Source of the DNA: Octopus sinensis
Lineage: Eukaryota
Direction: 5' to 3'
DNA: 64,000 bases
NCBI RefSeq assembly: GCF_006345805.1
Contig: NC_042998.1
Location: 198,276,001-198,340,000 of the forward strand
This document shows positions 38,037 through 49,531 of the stretch, piece after piece. Under the pieces are notes generated by a model. That model did not search any database and had not been told where the DNA came from. It saw only the letters and a program-made list of their open reading frames with translations. Position 1 is the first letter of the stretch; every line of letters begins with the position of its first letter. Position numbers and translations under genes: made by a program.

Positions 38037-38799
38037 TGTATGTATGTATGAATGTATGTATGTATGTATGAATGTATGTACTATGTATGTATGTACGTAT
38101 GTATGTATGTATGAATGTATGTATGTATATATGTATGTATGTTTGTATGTATGTATGTATGTTTGTATGAATGTATGTATGAATGTATGTATGTATATAT
38201 GTATGTATGTTTGTATGTATGAATGTATGTAGTATGTATGTATGTATGTGTGTGTGTCTGTATGTATGTTTCGGGAGTTGTGTATGTATGTATGTATGTA
38301 TGTATGTATGTATTATGTATGTATGTATGTATGTATGTATATATGTATGTATATATATATATGTATATATGTATGTATGTATGAATGTACTACGTATGTA
38401 TGTATGTATGTGTTTACGTGTGTCGATATAAAAATGTTTAGAGTGAAAAAAAGAAGAGGGAGAGAAACGAAAAAAAAATGTAGGTGTGTTCAAAAAATGG
38501 CGGGTAAAAAGTACAAAAAATTATCAACAACTGAAGAAGAAATGAAGGTGGGGAGAAGGAAGAGTAGAATCTAAAATGAAACCGAAAGTAGGGTGGGGAA
38601 GAAAGCTAGGAGTGGGAGTACGTACGGTTGGAATTTCAGAAGAGAGGCAGAATGAGGAGGAATGGAAGCTCCACCATATGTGAATGGAAGCAGCAGCAAG
38701 CAGGAATTAGTTTATGGTCTTCGAAAGAATTCTGAGGAAGACGATGGCGACGCTGGTTCACGGTTTCTTACAGGAATACATGACGTCATTAGTGTAGGT

Positions 38800-39360
38800 A
38801 TAGAGAGAGAGGTTGGGGAAGACGGCGGCGGGGAAAGGAGAGGAGGATATAGCATTGGGGGAATTAGAGAGGAGGGTGCGAGGAAAAGAGGGGGGGAAGA
38901 GTATGAGGGAATGAGAAGAGAGAGAGGTTGGGGAAGACGGCGGCGGGGAAAGGAGAGGAGGATAGCATTGGGGAATTAGAGAGAGGGGTGCGAAAAAAGA
39001 GGGGGAAAGAGTATGAGGGAATGAGAAGAGAGAGAGGTTGGGGAAGACGGCGAGGAAAGGAGAGGAGGATAGCACTGGGGAATTAGAGAGGAGGGGTGCG
39101 AGAAAAGAGGGGGAAAGAGTATGAGGGAATATAGAAGAGAGAGAAGTTGGGGAAGACGCGGCGGGGAAAGGAGAGGAGGATATAGCATTGGGGGAATTAG
39201 AGAGGAGGGTGCGAGGAAAAGAGGGGGGAAAGAGTATGAGGGAATGAGAAGAGAGAGAGGTTGGGGAAGACGGCAGGGAAAGGAGAGGAGGATAGCAGTG
39301 GGGAATTAGAGAGGGGGGTGCGAGAAAAAGAGGGGGGAAAGAGTATGAGGGAATGAATAG
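38800..39360. repeat. Purine-rich minisatellite, ~110-115-bp unit, about 5 copies
   Basis: Unit gagagagaggttggggaagacggcggcggggaaaggagaggagg...gagtatgagggaatgagaa; followed by GA-rich sequence to ~39850. Confidence 0.9.
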
Positions 39361-39892
39361 AGAGAGAGAGAGAGAGAGAGTGTGTGTGTGAGAGAGAGAG
39401 ATCTGAGTGAAGACAGGGAAAGAAAATGTAAATGAAATAAGAAAAAAGATGTGTGTGTGTGTGTGTGCGTGGTAATAGAGAGTGTTAAATAAAAGGGAGA
39501 ATAGAGATAGAGAGAGTGAAAGTAGAAAGAGAGAGAGGGGGAGAGAAATGTTAGAGAGAAAGAGAAAAGGAAGATGAGAAAGAGGAGAGAGATGAAGAAA
39601 GAAAGTAGATGAGAAAATAAGAGAGAGAGGATGAAGTGGAGAAATAAGAGGAGAGAAGGAGGAGTAGAGAGAGGGAAGAGATAAAGAAAGATTATGTAAT
39701 TTGCTGGAGGAAGAAAGAAGGAGTAGAGAAAGAAGGGAGGTGATAGGTAGAGTAGGGAAACAAGAGAGAGGAGAAAGCGGCTTGTGCGTGAAGACGTGAA
39801 GCGGAGTAGTAGAGTAGCGGTGGGAGATGGCGATAACGTAGAAGGATAAGGAAAGAAAGGCGTGTAATGAATACAGAGAGGCTGAGTGGGTT

Positions 39893-39912
39893 TGGCTCCG
39901 CCCCTGTCACGT
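39893..39912. promoter_or_regulatory. GC box (CCGCCCC) adjacent to palindromic E-box GTCACGTGAC
   Basis: Sequence ggctccgcccctgtcacgtgacc lies in unique CpG-richer DNA near the putative 5' end of the minus-strand gene. A TGACGTCA (CRE) site is also present near 38780. Confidence 0.4.
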
Positions 39913-40138
39913 GACCACGACGAGCTGTACACGATGTCAACAATAACATGCTTGAACAACAACACTAAACAGCTGACCCCCCTCCCCCCGCCTCAGTGGT
40001 GCGTAGTTTGCTGTTGCTACAGCTGGCCGTGTCACTTTGGTGGTCAAATGTGGGATACGTCAATGTCCATAAGAGCATAACTCTCGCTGGTTCTGGTTCG
40101 GGTTCGGGTTCTGTTTTTGACCCGTCGATAATACTTAC

Positions 40139-40151
40139 CATATGGAGGCAT
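40139..40151 (-). CDS. Candidate alternative first exon end / uORF: MPPY + 1 nt
   Basis: aaaccATG context followed by a perfect G|GTAAGT donor at 40139/40138. Phase 1, the same as exon 36885-36972. Confidence 0.3.
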
Positions 40152-40295
40152 GGTTTTTTACATTCGGTCACATATGGAGAGCTTTGTGTAACTTATAACA
40201 TGACTCCCGCTGTTTCGTTTTTTGTTACGTTTCAAACACCATCGCACTGCAGGAGGAAGGACTCGTCAGGGCTGACTCGCCTTAGACTCACAATA

Positions 40296-40696
40296 TCTTT
40301 ATATATAAAAGTGAGGTTGTGTGCTGTCTGTCTCCTACGATTTAGATTCCTAACTACTCCCACATTTTGCGGTGCAGTTTAACCAAAACTGGGTATCTTA
40401 TAGTCGTGATTCATATCGAGCCCTTCTGGGTATTAGCGCGCGTCTACGATGAGTCTACGATTTTTAAAAAAATTACCATCATTTTTTCCCATTTTAATGT
40501 ATTTTTTCGCTATTATATAAGGGAAGTAACTCTCTAAAAATGTTTACGATGAGTCAACGATTTTAAAAAAAATTTACCATAATTTTTTTTCCGTTTTTAA
40601 TGCATTTTTTTTGCTATTTTTTGGCTATAACTCTCTAAGAATGCTTATATAGTTATTTCCCTTACAAACCCGAGCAACACCGGGCGATACTGCTAG
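40296..40696 (+). mobile_element. Non-autonomous Helitron, family 1
   Basis: a|TCTTTATATATAAAAG ... hairpin, CTAG|t. Confidence 0.8.
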
Positions 40697-40732
40697 TAAA
40701 GAATGAAGTATTTTTATTGTGATCCAACAATA

Positions 40733-40930
40733 TGACGGGACTGCTGAAAAGTTCCTGACTGTGCGTTAAAACAAAATGTAAGCGGGTCACTTAATTGTGA
40801 TTTTTATCCAACATATTCCCTTCTCAGACTCATACACTTATTGTAGCGGTTCTTCACTTTTCTAAGCCCTATAAAAAAAACTCAGAAGATTGGGCCCCTA
40901 ATCAGGCCTTTCGCGACACCTTTAAAGCCA
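40733..40930 (-). mobile_element. Mariner 3' end with TIR
   Basis: KNRYNKCMSLRREYVG* C-terminus; TIR-like tatgacgggactgctgaaaagttcctg. Confidence 0.55.
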
Positions 40931-40952
40931 GGAACTCATTGGAGATAGTGGA

Positions 40953-41332
40953 AGCACTCCGTCGGTTACGACGACGAGGGTTCCAGTTGATCCGAATCAA
41001 CGGAACAGCCTGCTCGTGAAATTAACGTGTAAGTGGCTGAGTACTCCACAGACACGTGTACCCTTAACGTAGTTCTCAGGATATTCAGCGTGACACAGAG
41101 AGTGACAAGGCCGGCCCCTTGAAATACAGGTACAACAGAAACAGGAAGTAAGAGTGAGAGAAAGTTGTGGTGAAAGAGTACAGCAGGGATCACCACCATC
41201 CCCTGCCGGAGCCTCGTGGAGCTTTAGGTGTTTTCGCGCTCAATAAACACTCACAACGCCCGGTCTGGGAATCGAGACCGCGATCCTACGACCGCGAGTC
41301 CGCTGCCTTAACCACTGAGCCATTGCGCCTCC
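40953..41332 (-). mobile_element. SINE family D, tail type 2
   Basis: Head and core as 23032, but the sequence diverges completely after cttcctgtttc. Confidence 0.8.
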
Positions 41333-41705
41333 ACAATTGGAGATTAGTAACTTACTAAACGTCAATGTTTTGACAGCCATTAGATGGATTGGACTGGACT
41401 CTAGGACAGCATATGGTCGTTCGTATCGTTCGTGGATGACATGAGTTCAAATACACTTTGTACCATGCACAAGTTTTGCTGCCCCCACAGACACTTACCT
41501 CCCATCTTTTTTTCTTTTTCATTCTTTCCTCTTTCTCTCTGTCTTTCTCCTCCCCCCACCCTATTTTTTTCTATTACATAACTTTGTAAGTGAACAATCT
41601 GGTGTGTTTATTTTAATGGTCTACCAATGTATACAGTGAGTTTTTTTTTTTGCCCTAGGTGTTGGGAAGACACTCGGCAAGAAATGGAAACGAAAGTGAA
41701 AGAAG

Positions 41706-41707
<2 letters not shown>

Positions 41708-41766
<59 letters not shown>

Positions 41767-41820
41767 TAATAATAATAATAATAACAATAACAATAACAAT
41801 AATAATGATAATAATAATAA

Positions 41821-41868
<48 letters not shown>
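41708..41868. repeat. (AAT)n microsatellite; others at 42420-42527, 53640-53700, 54100-54167, 55239-55300, 56655-56712
   Basis: Direct reading. Confidence 0.95.
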
Positions 41869-41869
<1 letters not shown>

Positions 41870-42420
41870 GCCCTGATGCAGTACCAGGCAGTGGCTCTCA
41901 TGGCTTCTGATCTTAACTGATTGGAAGTGTTATCATGTACATCGTTTTGTCTTAGTATAAAAGATGGGCTACAGCAAATATTCTGCTCAATACCACAGAT
42001 TTGCTTGTCAGTTGTTTGACCTTAACCAGTTGAGCATGTCCCTTAGTGGCTGACGATATGTGCATCTCTGATCACGAGCAGAAGTAGTGGGGAAGCATCA
42101 TAGCCATGTGTTGAGAGGGATTCTTTGGGGTTTGAATAATTCACCTCTGGAAACAGGGGTGGTTCTTTCAACATCCTTAAACAACCCTTATTCAGGGACC
42201 TTTTGAGTGGGATGGGTTACTCGACCTGAAGAAAATTCTAACTGGGCCCCACCTGCAAGGTCATGTGCTGTTTATCTTGATATGAGATCACCATGTCGCT
42301 CACATATGGTTGTGATGCATGTGCCTGGTGTACCCTTCTCAGACGTGTAGTCATGAAGGGTATACTGGGCTTCGTATACTTTACCCCAGTGTCACTTCGA
42401 TGGCATGCACTGCTCTCATC
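41869..42420 (+). mobile_element. Non-coding retroposon-like family E (~550 bp) flanked by (AAT)n
   Basis: Further copies at 54168-54690, 54713-55238, 55307-55510 and 59489-59937. Complete 3' ends terminate in ctcactc(aat)n or a close variant. Confidence 0.75.
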
Positions 42421-42469
<49 letters not shown>

Positions 42470-42484
42470 TATAATAATAATAAT

Positions 42485-42526
<42 letters not shown>

Positions 42527-42528
<2 letters not shown>

Positions 42529-43050
42529 TATGTCCGTTGTTGTCGACGATCACACCGGAAAAGAAAATGGGTCACGGTGCGTCCGACTGTAGGCGACCAG
42601 GACGATGTGGGCTCAGAAGGTTCTGCCGTAGGCCGGGCACTGGCGGTCTGCCCGGAATGAAGGCAAGGAGTTGGCTCTGGGCTTTTTTCAGCTCACGCTT
42701 TCTTTGTACTCCCGCGATCCTAATCCGTTCATAGGAGGTGGCACCTTTGTTGGAGCAGCTGTGCCAGGCAGGGCGATCCTGCGCTTGCATTTCCGAGGTG
42801 TCGGGTTTGATCTGAAAACCCTTCAACGGGGCTTTGAATGCATCTTTGAAGTGCTTTTTTTCTGCCCAGCTTGTGTGTGCTCGCCTTCAGGCAATTCATT
42901 GTGAAACAGTCTTTTGGGTAGACGTGTGTCGGGTATTCGAATGAGGTAGACTGCCCACCTGACCTGCGCTCCGTTCAGCAGAGTGTAAATGCTTGGCAAA
43001 TCAGCACAAGAGGAGACCTCCATGGCTGGGGACCTTGCCTTGCCTGATGA
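42527..43050 (-). mobile_element. RTE (BovB-like) LINE 3' fragment
   Basis: QVRWAVYLIRIPDTRLPKRLFHNELPEGEHTQAGQKK...QDRPAWHSC; (ATT)n tail. Confidence 0.85.
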
Positions 43051-43255
43051 TTTTCAACAGTTTTCACACACACATACATGCACGCACGCACATACATACA
43101 TACATACATACATACATACATACATACATACATACATACATACATACATAACGCACAAACTTACTACACGTGTGTTTGTGTCAACTGACTCACGTAGACG
43201 CAACAACGCAAACGTTAAGTCTAAAACGAATAAACATAGATCGACTATATTCAAA

Positions 43256-43617
43256 TCTCTCTCTATATTTAAAGCTGAAAGTTGTCTGTGTATGGTAGGT
43301 TTGGTAGCCTTCAACTAACACCATCTCCTCCGAGACCCTGCGGCACAAGTTGACCAAAATTGAGAGTATGATAGAAGAAGGCTTGCTCTTCCTTCCATGT
43401 TAACACCAAAACTTATTTAAATCAAAAACGTGCTTTTTTTTTCTATGAAAATCCCTATTTTTTACGATATTTTGACTGCTGTGTCGCCATTTTTCGGTGT
43501 ATTTCAACCAGAAAAATGTTCACTTAAAGAGAATAACAAGCTACATAATGCAAAATTTTTACTTTTCAAAAATTCCAATTCTAAAGGGTCGAAAAAAAAC
43601 CGAGCAACGCCGGGCGA
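43256..43617 (+). mobile_element. Non-autonomous Helitron, family 2, 3' CTAG missing
   Basis: Matches 28642-29033 up to the terminal hairpin. Confidence 0.7.
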
Positions 43618-43703
43618 AAGAAATTCAGAAATGCCGTACATGGAAGTTATGCGGCAAACGTTCGTTTCTATTTTCACTTCCTCATGTGTCTTGTCAATCC
43701 AGG

Positions 43704-43738
<35 letters not shown>

Positions 43739-43758
43739 TAGATAGATAGATAAGTAGG

Positions 43759-43798
<40 letters not shown>

Positions 43799-43811
43799 TA
43801 GATAGATAGAC

Positions 43812-43860
<49 letters not shown>

Positions 43861-43861
<1 letters not shown>

Positions 43862-44353
43862 TTATGTTTCTTTATTAGCCACACAGGGCTGCACACAGAT
43901 AGAACAAATTACAAGGTAGAGCTTTTCTTTTGAAGGTTTAAAAAAAAAAAAAGGAAGGGGGAGTTTCGATCAAAAGGGATCGTAAAAGGAGAGAAAGAGG
44001 ACAAAAAAAGGGGGGTTAAAAAAAAAAAAGGGGGGGAGAGGAAAAAAAAATTGATCAATAGGGATCGTTATCACAGAAATGTCAATATGAAGTGTAAAGG
44101 GGAGGACAGGTGAGGTTTACCCGTGGAAAGAAAAGCCTACGGAAAAGACCACGGTAACCTCGGTCAATGAAGTCACATGTATTTTTTTTTTTTTTGCAAA
44201 TAAGCAACTCTCTGTATTATTTTTACGGTTCATAGAATCATAGTCAGGGTGGCTTCGTCATTCATACGTGCCATCCTTGCTACATTCACCCATCTTTCTT
44301 TAAAACATTCACTAGACAAAACTTGCTCTCTACTCTCACTTTCCTCTTCAAGT

Positions 44354-44357
<4 letters not shown>
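43861..44357 (-). mobile_element. L1/Tx1-clade LINE 3' fragment embedded in (GATA)n
   Basis: [10 protein letters not shown]...[12 protein letters not shown]2 end plus 3' UTR ending gtggctaataaagaaac. The same HLKRKVRVE-type motif follows the zinc knuckle at 60560-61050. Confidence 0.7.
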
Positions 44358-44424
<67 letters not shown>

Positions 44425-44428
44425 GGAT

Positions 44429-44520
<92 letters not shown>

Positions 44521-44811
44521 TGAGAGACAGAGAGAGAGATGTCGGTCATATGGATTAGATATGAAAGTGAACGGGAATATATATATATATATATGTGGCA
44601 TTATGCTGTCTAACAAATTGAGGAAAATCCTCAAGAGTCCTCAACCTAGAATCAAATTAATAAGAAGTACATGGGCTCTACGAAGTAGTCTTCTTTTGTG
44701 AGATCTTGTCTCGTAACCTATTTCGGCTTTTAGAATATAAAGTTGCCCCCCCAGCTTGTATGGACAAAGTTTATAGGTAGTACTTATGTGTATGTATGAG
44801 TGTATATATTA

Positions 44812-44855
<44 letters not shown>

Positions 44856-45065
44856 TATGTATGTATGTATGTATGTATACATGCATAACAGGTTGAGCAA
44901 AAAGTAAGCAGCGTTTTGAACCATGAAGAATTTGTACCGGAATTTTGCAAGTTTGAATTTTTTTAATTTTTTTTTTTTTTTGCAATTGTCTGATAATACA
45001 GACATAGACTTGCCCAAATGTATCAATAAATTAACATTGATTATTTTTTTCACCTTTGTTAGAAT

Positions 45066-45165
45066 CATCTGAAATGGAACTGTCAAAGCGCGATATTCGA
45101 CCAATTTTGCTATTCAACTTCAAAAAAGGACGTAAAGCAGCCGAAACTGCTCGTGATAGTCAAGG
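45066..45165 (+). mobile_element. Mariner transposase N-terminal HTH fragment
   Basis: MELSKRDIRPILLFNFKKGRKAAETARD resembles the Mos1-type HTH. Confidence 0.75.
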
Positions 45166-45169
45166 AAAC

Positions 45170-45820
45170 GTTCGCCTCGAGGGCTGTGACTTTCGGCGTG
45201 ATTTTTGTGGGAGGAGGGTGAGAGCTGTTGTTGGTTTGCTGTTGATTTTGTTGTTGAGACGTCTCGCGCTTGTTGTTGTTTTTTGCTGCTGTTGTTTTTG
45301 TGCTTTTTCTCCCCAATTGGGGTGGGGCGGTGAGTGGAATTGTGGAGGGCTGCGCGGGGGCTGCTGCGGCGGGGACAGCTGTACGGTTGGAGGCCAGCGG
45401 AGTGCACTGTGGTGGGGATGAGGTGTCGAGGGGTGATGCTGTTGCCCACATGTGGGGGAGAGTTCTGCCGCGTCCGGGTCGGGATAGCTGGAGTGCCGCC
45501 TGAAGTTGGAAGGGAGTGGTTGGCAGCGGCCGTTCTGGCGACCGCCGGGCGTGGGCCGGAGCTCTGAGATGTTGGGTGGGACGGATATGTTGAATTAATG
45601 GGGTCGCGGAGTGGAGATGTGGCTCTTCGCTGCATTTGAAAATATAGAGAGGCTTCCCTACCAAGTGGAGATTGAAGGAAGGGGGGTTCCTTGAAGGTGG
45701 TGGTGGAGGTCGCGGACCCGGTTGCTGCATCTGCGGTGGAAGGGGGGCACGTGAAGTTGAAGTGCCCCTTATGTAGATGTGTATGCAGCTGTGAGGGGAA
45801 AATCGTTGAATCCCCATCCA
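45170..45820 (-). mobile_element. GC-rich probable LINE (L1/Tx1-like) ORF1 fragment
   Basis: Pro/Thr-rich frames with a degenerate knuckle-like VGKPLYIFKCSEEPHL. Flanked by mariner pieces. Confidence 0.4.
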
Positions 45821-46260
45821 TGAGTTCTCAGAATATGTGCAGATTAGTTACGGTTCAGTTCAGTCTATTATCACTGAAGATTTGGATATGCGACGCGTGT
45901 CTGCCAAGTCTGTGTCAGAACTGCTTTCAGCTGACCAAAAAGACACTTTGATTTCAGTTCCACAAGATCTCCTTGATTGCGTCGAGAGAAGAATGAAAAC
46001 TTTTTGAAAACTTTGCGTTGGCTTCTGAGCAGGTATCACCAGGCTTTTGGTAAGATTTGATGCAGATTCTCTGCTCAACTTTCACTGTTATGGTCAATGC
46101 GACGAACACACGCTACACACCTTCCTTCCCAGCACTGCTGTAAACAGTGGAAGTAAGCTCAAATGTTAAAACTTAGTGCGCACGCATAGCTGAATTCAAG
46201 GTCAATCTGTGCCAAGCGGCTTTGCTATGGCAACAGTCCGGATATTTGTTGATCAGACTA
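45820..46260. mobile_element. Mariner fragment with internal inversion
   Basis: TIR and N-terminus (VEQRICIK...DTCSEA) on minus at 46260-46020; the second HTH region (ISYGSVQSIITEDLDMRRVSAK) on plus at 45820-46015. Confidence 0.65.
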
Positions 46261-47186
46261 TAATATAATATAATATAATATAATATAATATAATATAATA
46301 CAATATAATATAAATAATATATAAATATATGCATATATACATGCATATATGTACATACCTACATATACATGTATATATACATGCATATATGAGTACAGGA
46401 CATAAAAAAAACCTTGAACACAATGACAAACGAAAATATAAAAACTAAAACATAGAAATGAACTTTTTTCAAACAATGAAAAAAAAACAGAGAAAAAAGA
46501 CATACAACACAAGGAATATTTCCCTTTTTCAGTTGTCCCTGTTTCATCTACTCCGCGGTACGAAGGTTAGGACAAGACGCGACTTCGTTGAAGCAATCCT
46601 TCCAGCAAAGCAAATTAAATAAAATTTGGGATTTTTTGCGGAGGATAAAAGTGGTAACAAGAACAGGACAGTAAGAACAAGACAATAAAAACACTAAAAA
46701 AGTAAAAACAGTAAAGGATAGAACAATGAGAATAAAACAGTAAAAACAAACGATGAGGGCTGTTAAGCCAAGACAATGGAAAAAATTATTTTGAACGCTT
46801 AAGGAAACAGCTTATGAAAGAGACAGGATAAGCTGGTCTGGTCTTGGTGAAGATAGCAGTTAGAAAGATGGCTTCTCTCTGATCACGTGTCAGCGACGAG
46901 AGAGTCGAGGAGAAGTAAGAGAGAGGGAACGGTGAAGGGGAGAGGAGAAGAATAGGGAAGAGTGAGAGAGAAAACCAGAAAGGATGAAGAACAAGAGAGG
47001 GAGAGAGATAGACAGAGAAGAAATAGTAAATGTGAAGAGTGCGCATCATAATTGTTAAGCTAAAACTTATTTCGATCATACAATAAATAAATAATATATA
47101 AATATATGCATATATACATTCATACATGTACATACCTACATATTATATATATATATATGCATATATGGGTACAGGACATATATGTA

Positions 47187-47266
<80 letters not shown>

Positions 47267-47322
47267 TAAGTGGACAAACGAAAGAAGGACACTCAACCAA
47301 TTTATTGGGAGTTACATGTATG

Positions 47323-47415
47323 GATCAAAACAGTTTCAAATTCAAAATGGCTGATGACTAGCATCATGCTTGAAACTCAAGAGTACCAACGAATTTGAAT
47401 CAAACTGTTTTGATC
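47323..47415 (+). ncRNA. Type I hammerhead ribozyme with long interrupted stem I
   Basis: CTGATGA (47351-47357); stem II AGCA/TGCT with a T-T mismatch at its base; GAAAC-TC-AA-GA-GT stem III; GUA triplet; stem I TGG/CCA, CAAATTC/GAATTTG and GATCAAAACAGTTT/AAACTGTTTTGATC. Confidence 0.6.
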
Positions 47416-48789
47416 TATCTATCTATCTAGCTAGCTAGCTAACTTTATATATATATACTGTTATACGTTATGCTGTACTCCGTATTCAGTATACAGGCTG
47501 TTTTTAAAGCTGGCTAATTTATATACGGCGTATTAAAAATAATTTAGTTCTTTACTTTTTTTTAATAGATTTATAAAGATTAAACATACTCTGCATTAGA
47601 AGTGTATTAATCTGTACCTGTATCTGTTAAATAAAATCATGTTCTGTATTTTCCTTCGTTTAATTTTCATTCTGATACAGTATGATATATTTTACAGATT
47701 TCAAGTGGATTAATGAATAGCAAACGGACCCTGCTTTAGAAGAATTGCATTAATTTGAATCTGTTAAATATAATTTAGCTTTTTACTTTTCAGTTTCTTT
47801 TATATTTTAAGTATATATTTTCTGCCTCTAGAAAACCGGGAAATCCCGATATCCGACACGTCCCAAACTTGCCGGATAATTGGCCAGGTACCATGTATCT
47901 ATCTTTTATTTTTTTTTACTTGTTTCAGTCATTAGACTTCCTTGAAAAAACCTTTTTTGAACGAATCAACCCTAGTGGGATTGAGCCTGAAACTTCTTGG
48001 TTGCAAAGCGAACTTCTTAACAACAAAACCATATCTGCACCTATATGTGTGTGTGTGTCTTTGTGCATATAGTATATGCGTGTGCATGTATATTTTAATT
48101 TACACACACGCACAAACACGCGCGCACGTGCAAGAGTATTGTTATTTCTTTATTGCCCACAGGGGGCTAAACACAGAGGGGACAAACAAGGACAGACAAA
48201 AGGATTAAGTCGATAACATCGACCCCAGTTGTAACTGGTACTTAATTTATCGACCTCGAAAAGATGAAAGGCAAAGTCGACCTCGGCGGAATTTGAACTC
48301 AGAACGTAGTGACAGACATAGTACCGCTAAGCATTTGCCCGGCGTGCTAACGTTTCTTATTTCTTTATTGCCCACAGGGGCTTAACATAGAGGGGACAAA
48401 TAAGGACAGACAAACGGATTAAATCGATTATATCGACACCAGTGTGTAACTGATACTTAATTTATCGACCCCGAAAGGATGAAAGGCAAAGTCGACCTCG
48501 GCGGAATTTGAACTCAGAACGTAACGACAGACGAAATACCGCTAAGCAATTCGCCCGGCGCGCTGGCAATTCTGCCAGCTCGCCGCCTTAAACACAAGAG
48601 TTTAAGGCGGTTTAACACACACAAGAGTACTGTGCCAATGTAATGCAAAAGACAGCATAAGTATTGTATTATCCAACAAAAGCAGTTCAAATTGCAGATA
48701 CTGGTAGAATAACTCTTCCTCTGTAGCAATTCTGCTTCATGTTCTTCTTTATTGCAAGCGGGTAATGTCATTGAGTTCTTGACGAAGAA

Positions 48790-49285
48790 GGGATGCAGGA
48801 TATCGAACATCTACAGGCTATAAGTTGTTCACGGAGATGATACGATTAAGAAGAGCAATGTGTACAGATGGATGGAGTTTTAAAGAAGAAGAAGAAACCA
48901 GCATTGGAGAGAAACCATGCAGTGGGAAACCATCGATTGCGACCATTGACACGATCCATTACATTGAGGTTGACAACTTTGGTTCTCAAGAGATGTGTGC
49001 AAAGGGCGTACCTCTGTAGCTAATAGCCGACTTGAAAAAGTGAAGTGTGAAAGCGTGCTCTGATCTACTGGAAGCGTCTGCAGCTAATGAAGACATTTTT
49101 TAAATATATATATCTGGTGATACGGGATGAAACATGATTGATTCTTTATGATCTGGAAACAGAGACTCTGTTCTCATCATGGCGTCACACCTCTTCTCCA
49201 AGACCTATGACGTTCAAGAGCCAGCGATCGGCACAGCAAGTTTTGATGATTGCTTTCTGGGGTTGACAGGGGCGTTATTCTCAAA
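48790..49285 (+). mobile_element. Degenerate mariner transposase fragment
   Basis: HTH remnants; (V)IRDET(W)...YDLETE; WRHTSSPRPMTFKSQRSAQQVLMIAFW. A related piece lies at ~53200-53420. Confidence 0.7.
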
Positions 49286-49442
49286 AAGCACTCAAAAAAG
49301 CTTTAAAAAACCATTAGGAAGAAGAAATTGAACACGATAATGTGTGACCATGCACAACTTAGGCAAACTGTAATGGTCTGTGGTGCTCTGTTCACTGTAT
49401 ATATATATATAATAAGAATAAAGCAACAAGAATGGATCAATA

Positions 49443-49531
49443 TTTAGGTACAATTGTTTCGTACGAAGACAGCTTTATTAAGGCTGCAAATATTGCAGTA
49501 AATATAAGTGACCCGTACTCATCAGCCGAAA
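49443..49531 (-). ncRNA. Type I hammerhead ribozyme, inverted copy with one stem I mismatch
   Basis: Reverse complement of 50134-50222, with CCTAAA replacing CCGAAA in stem I. Confidence 0.7.

Noticed and set aside
38662-38979. ORF MEAPPYVNGSSSKQ...
   Set aside because: It runs into the purine minisatellite, has a poor acceptor, and is out of frame with the 37646 ATG-CAG donor.
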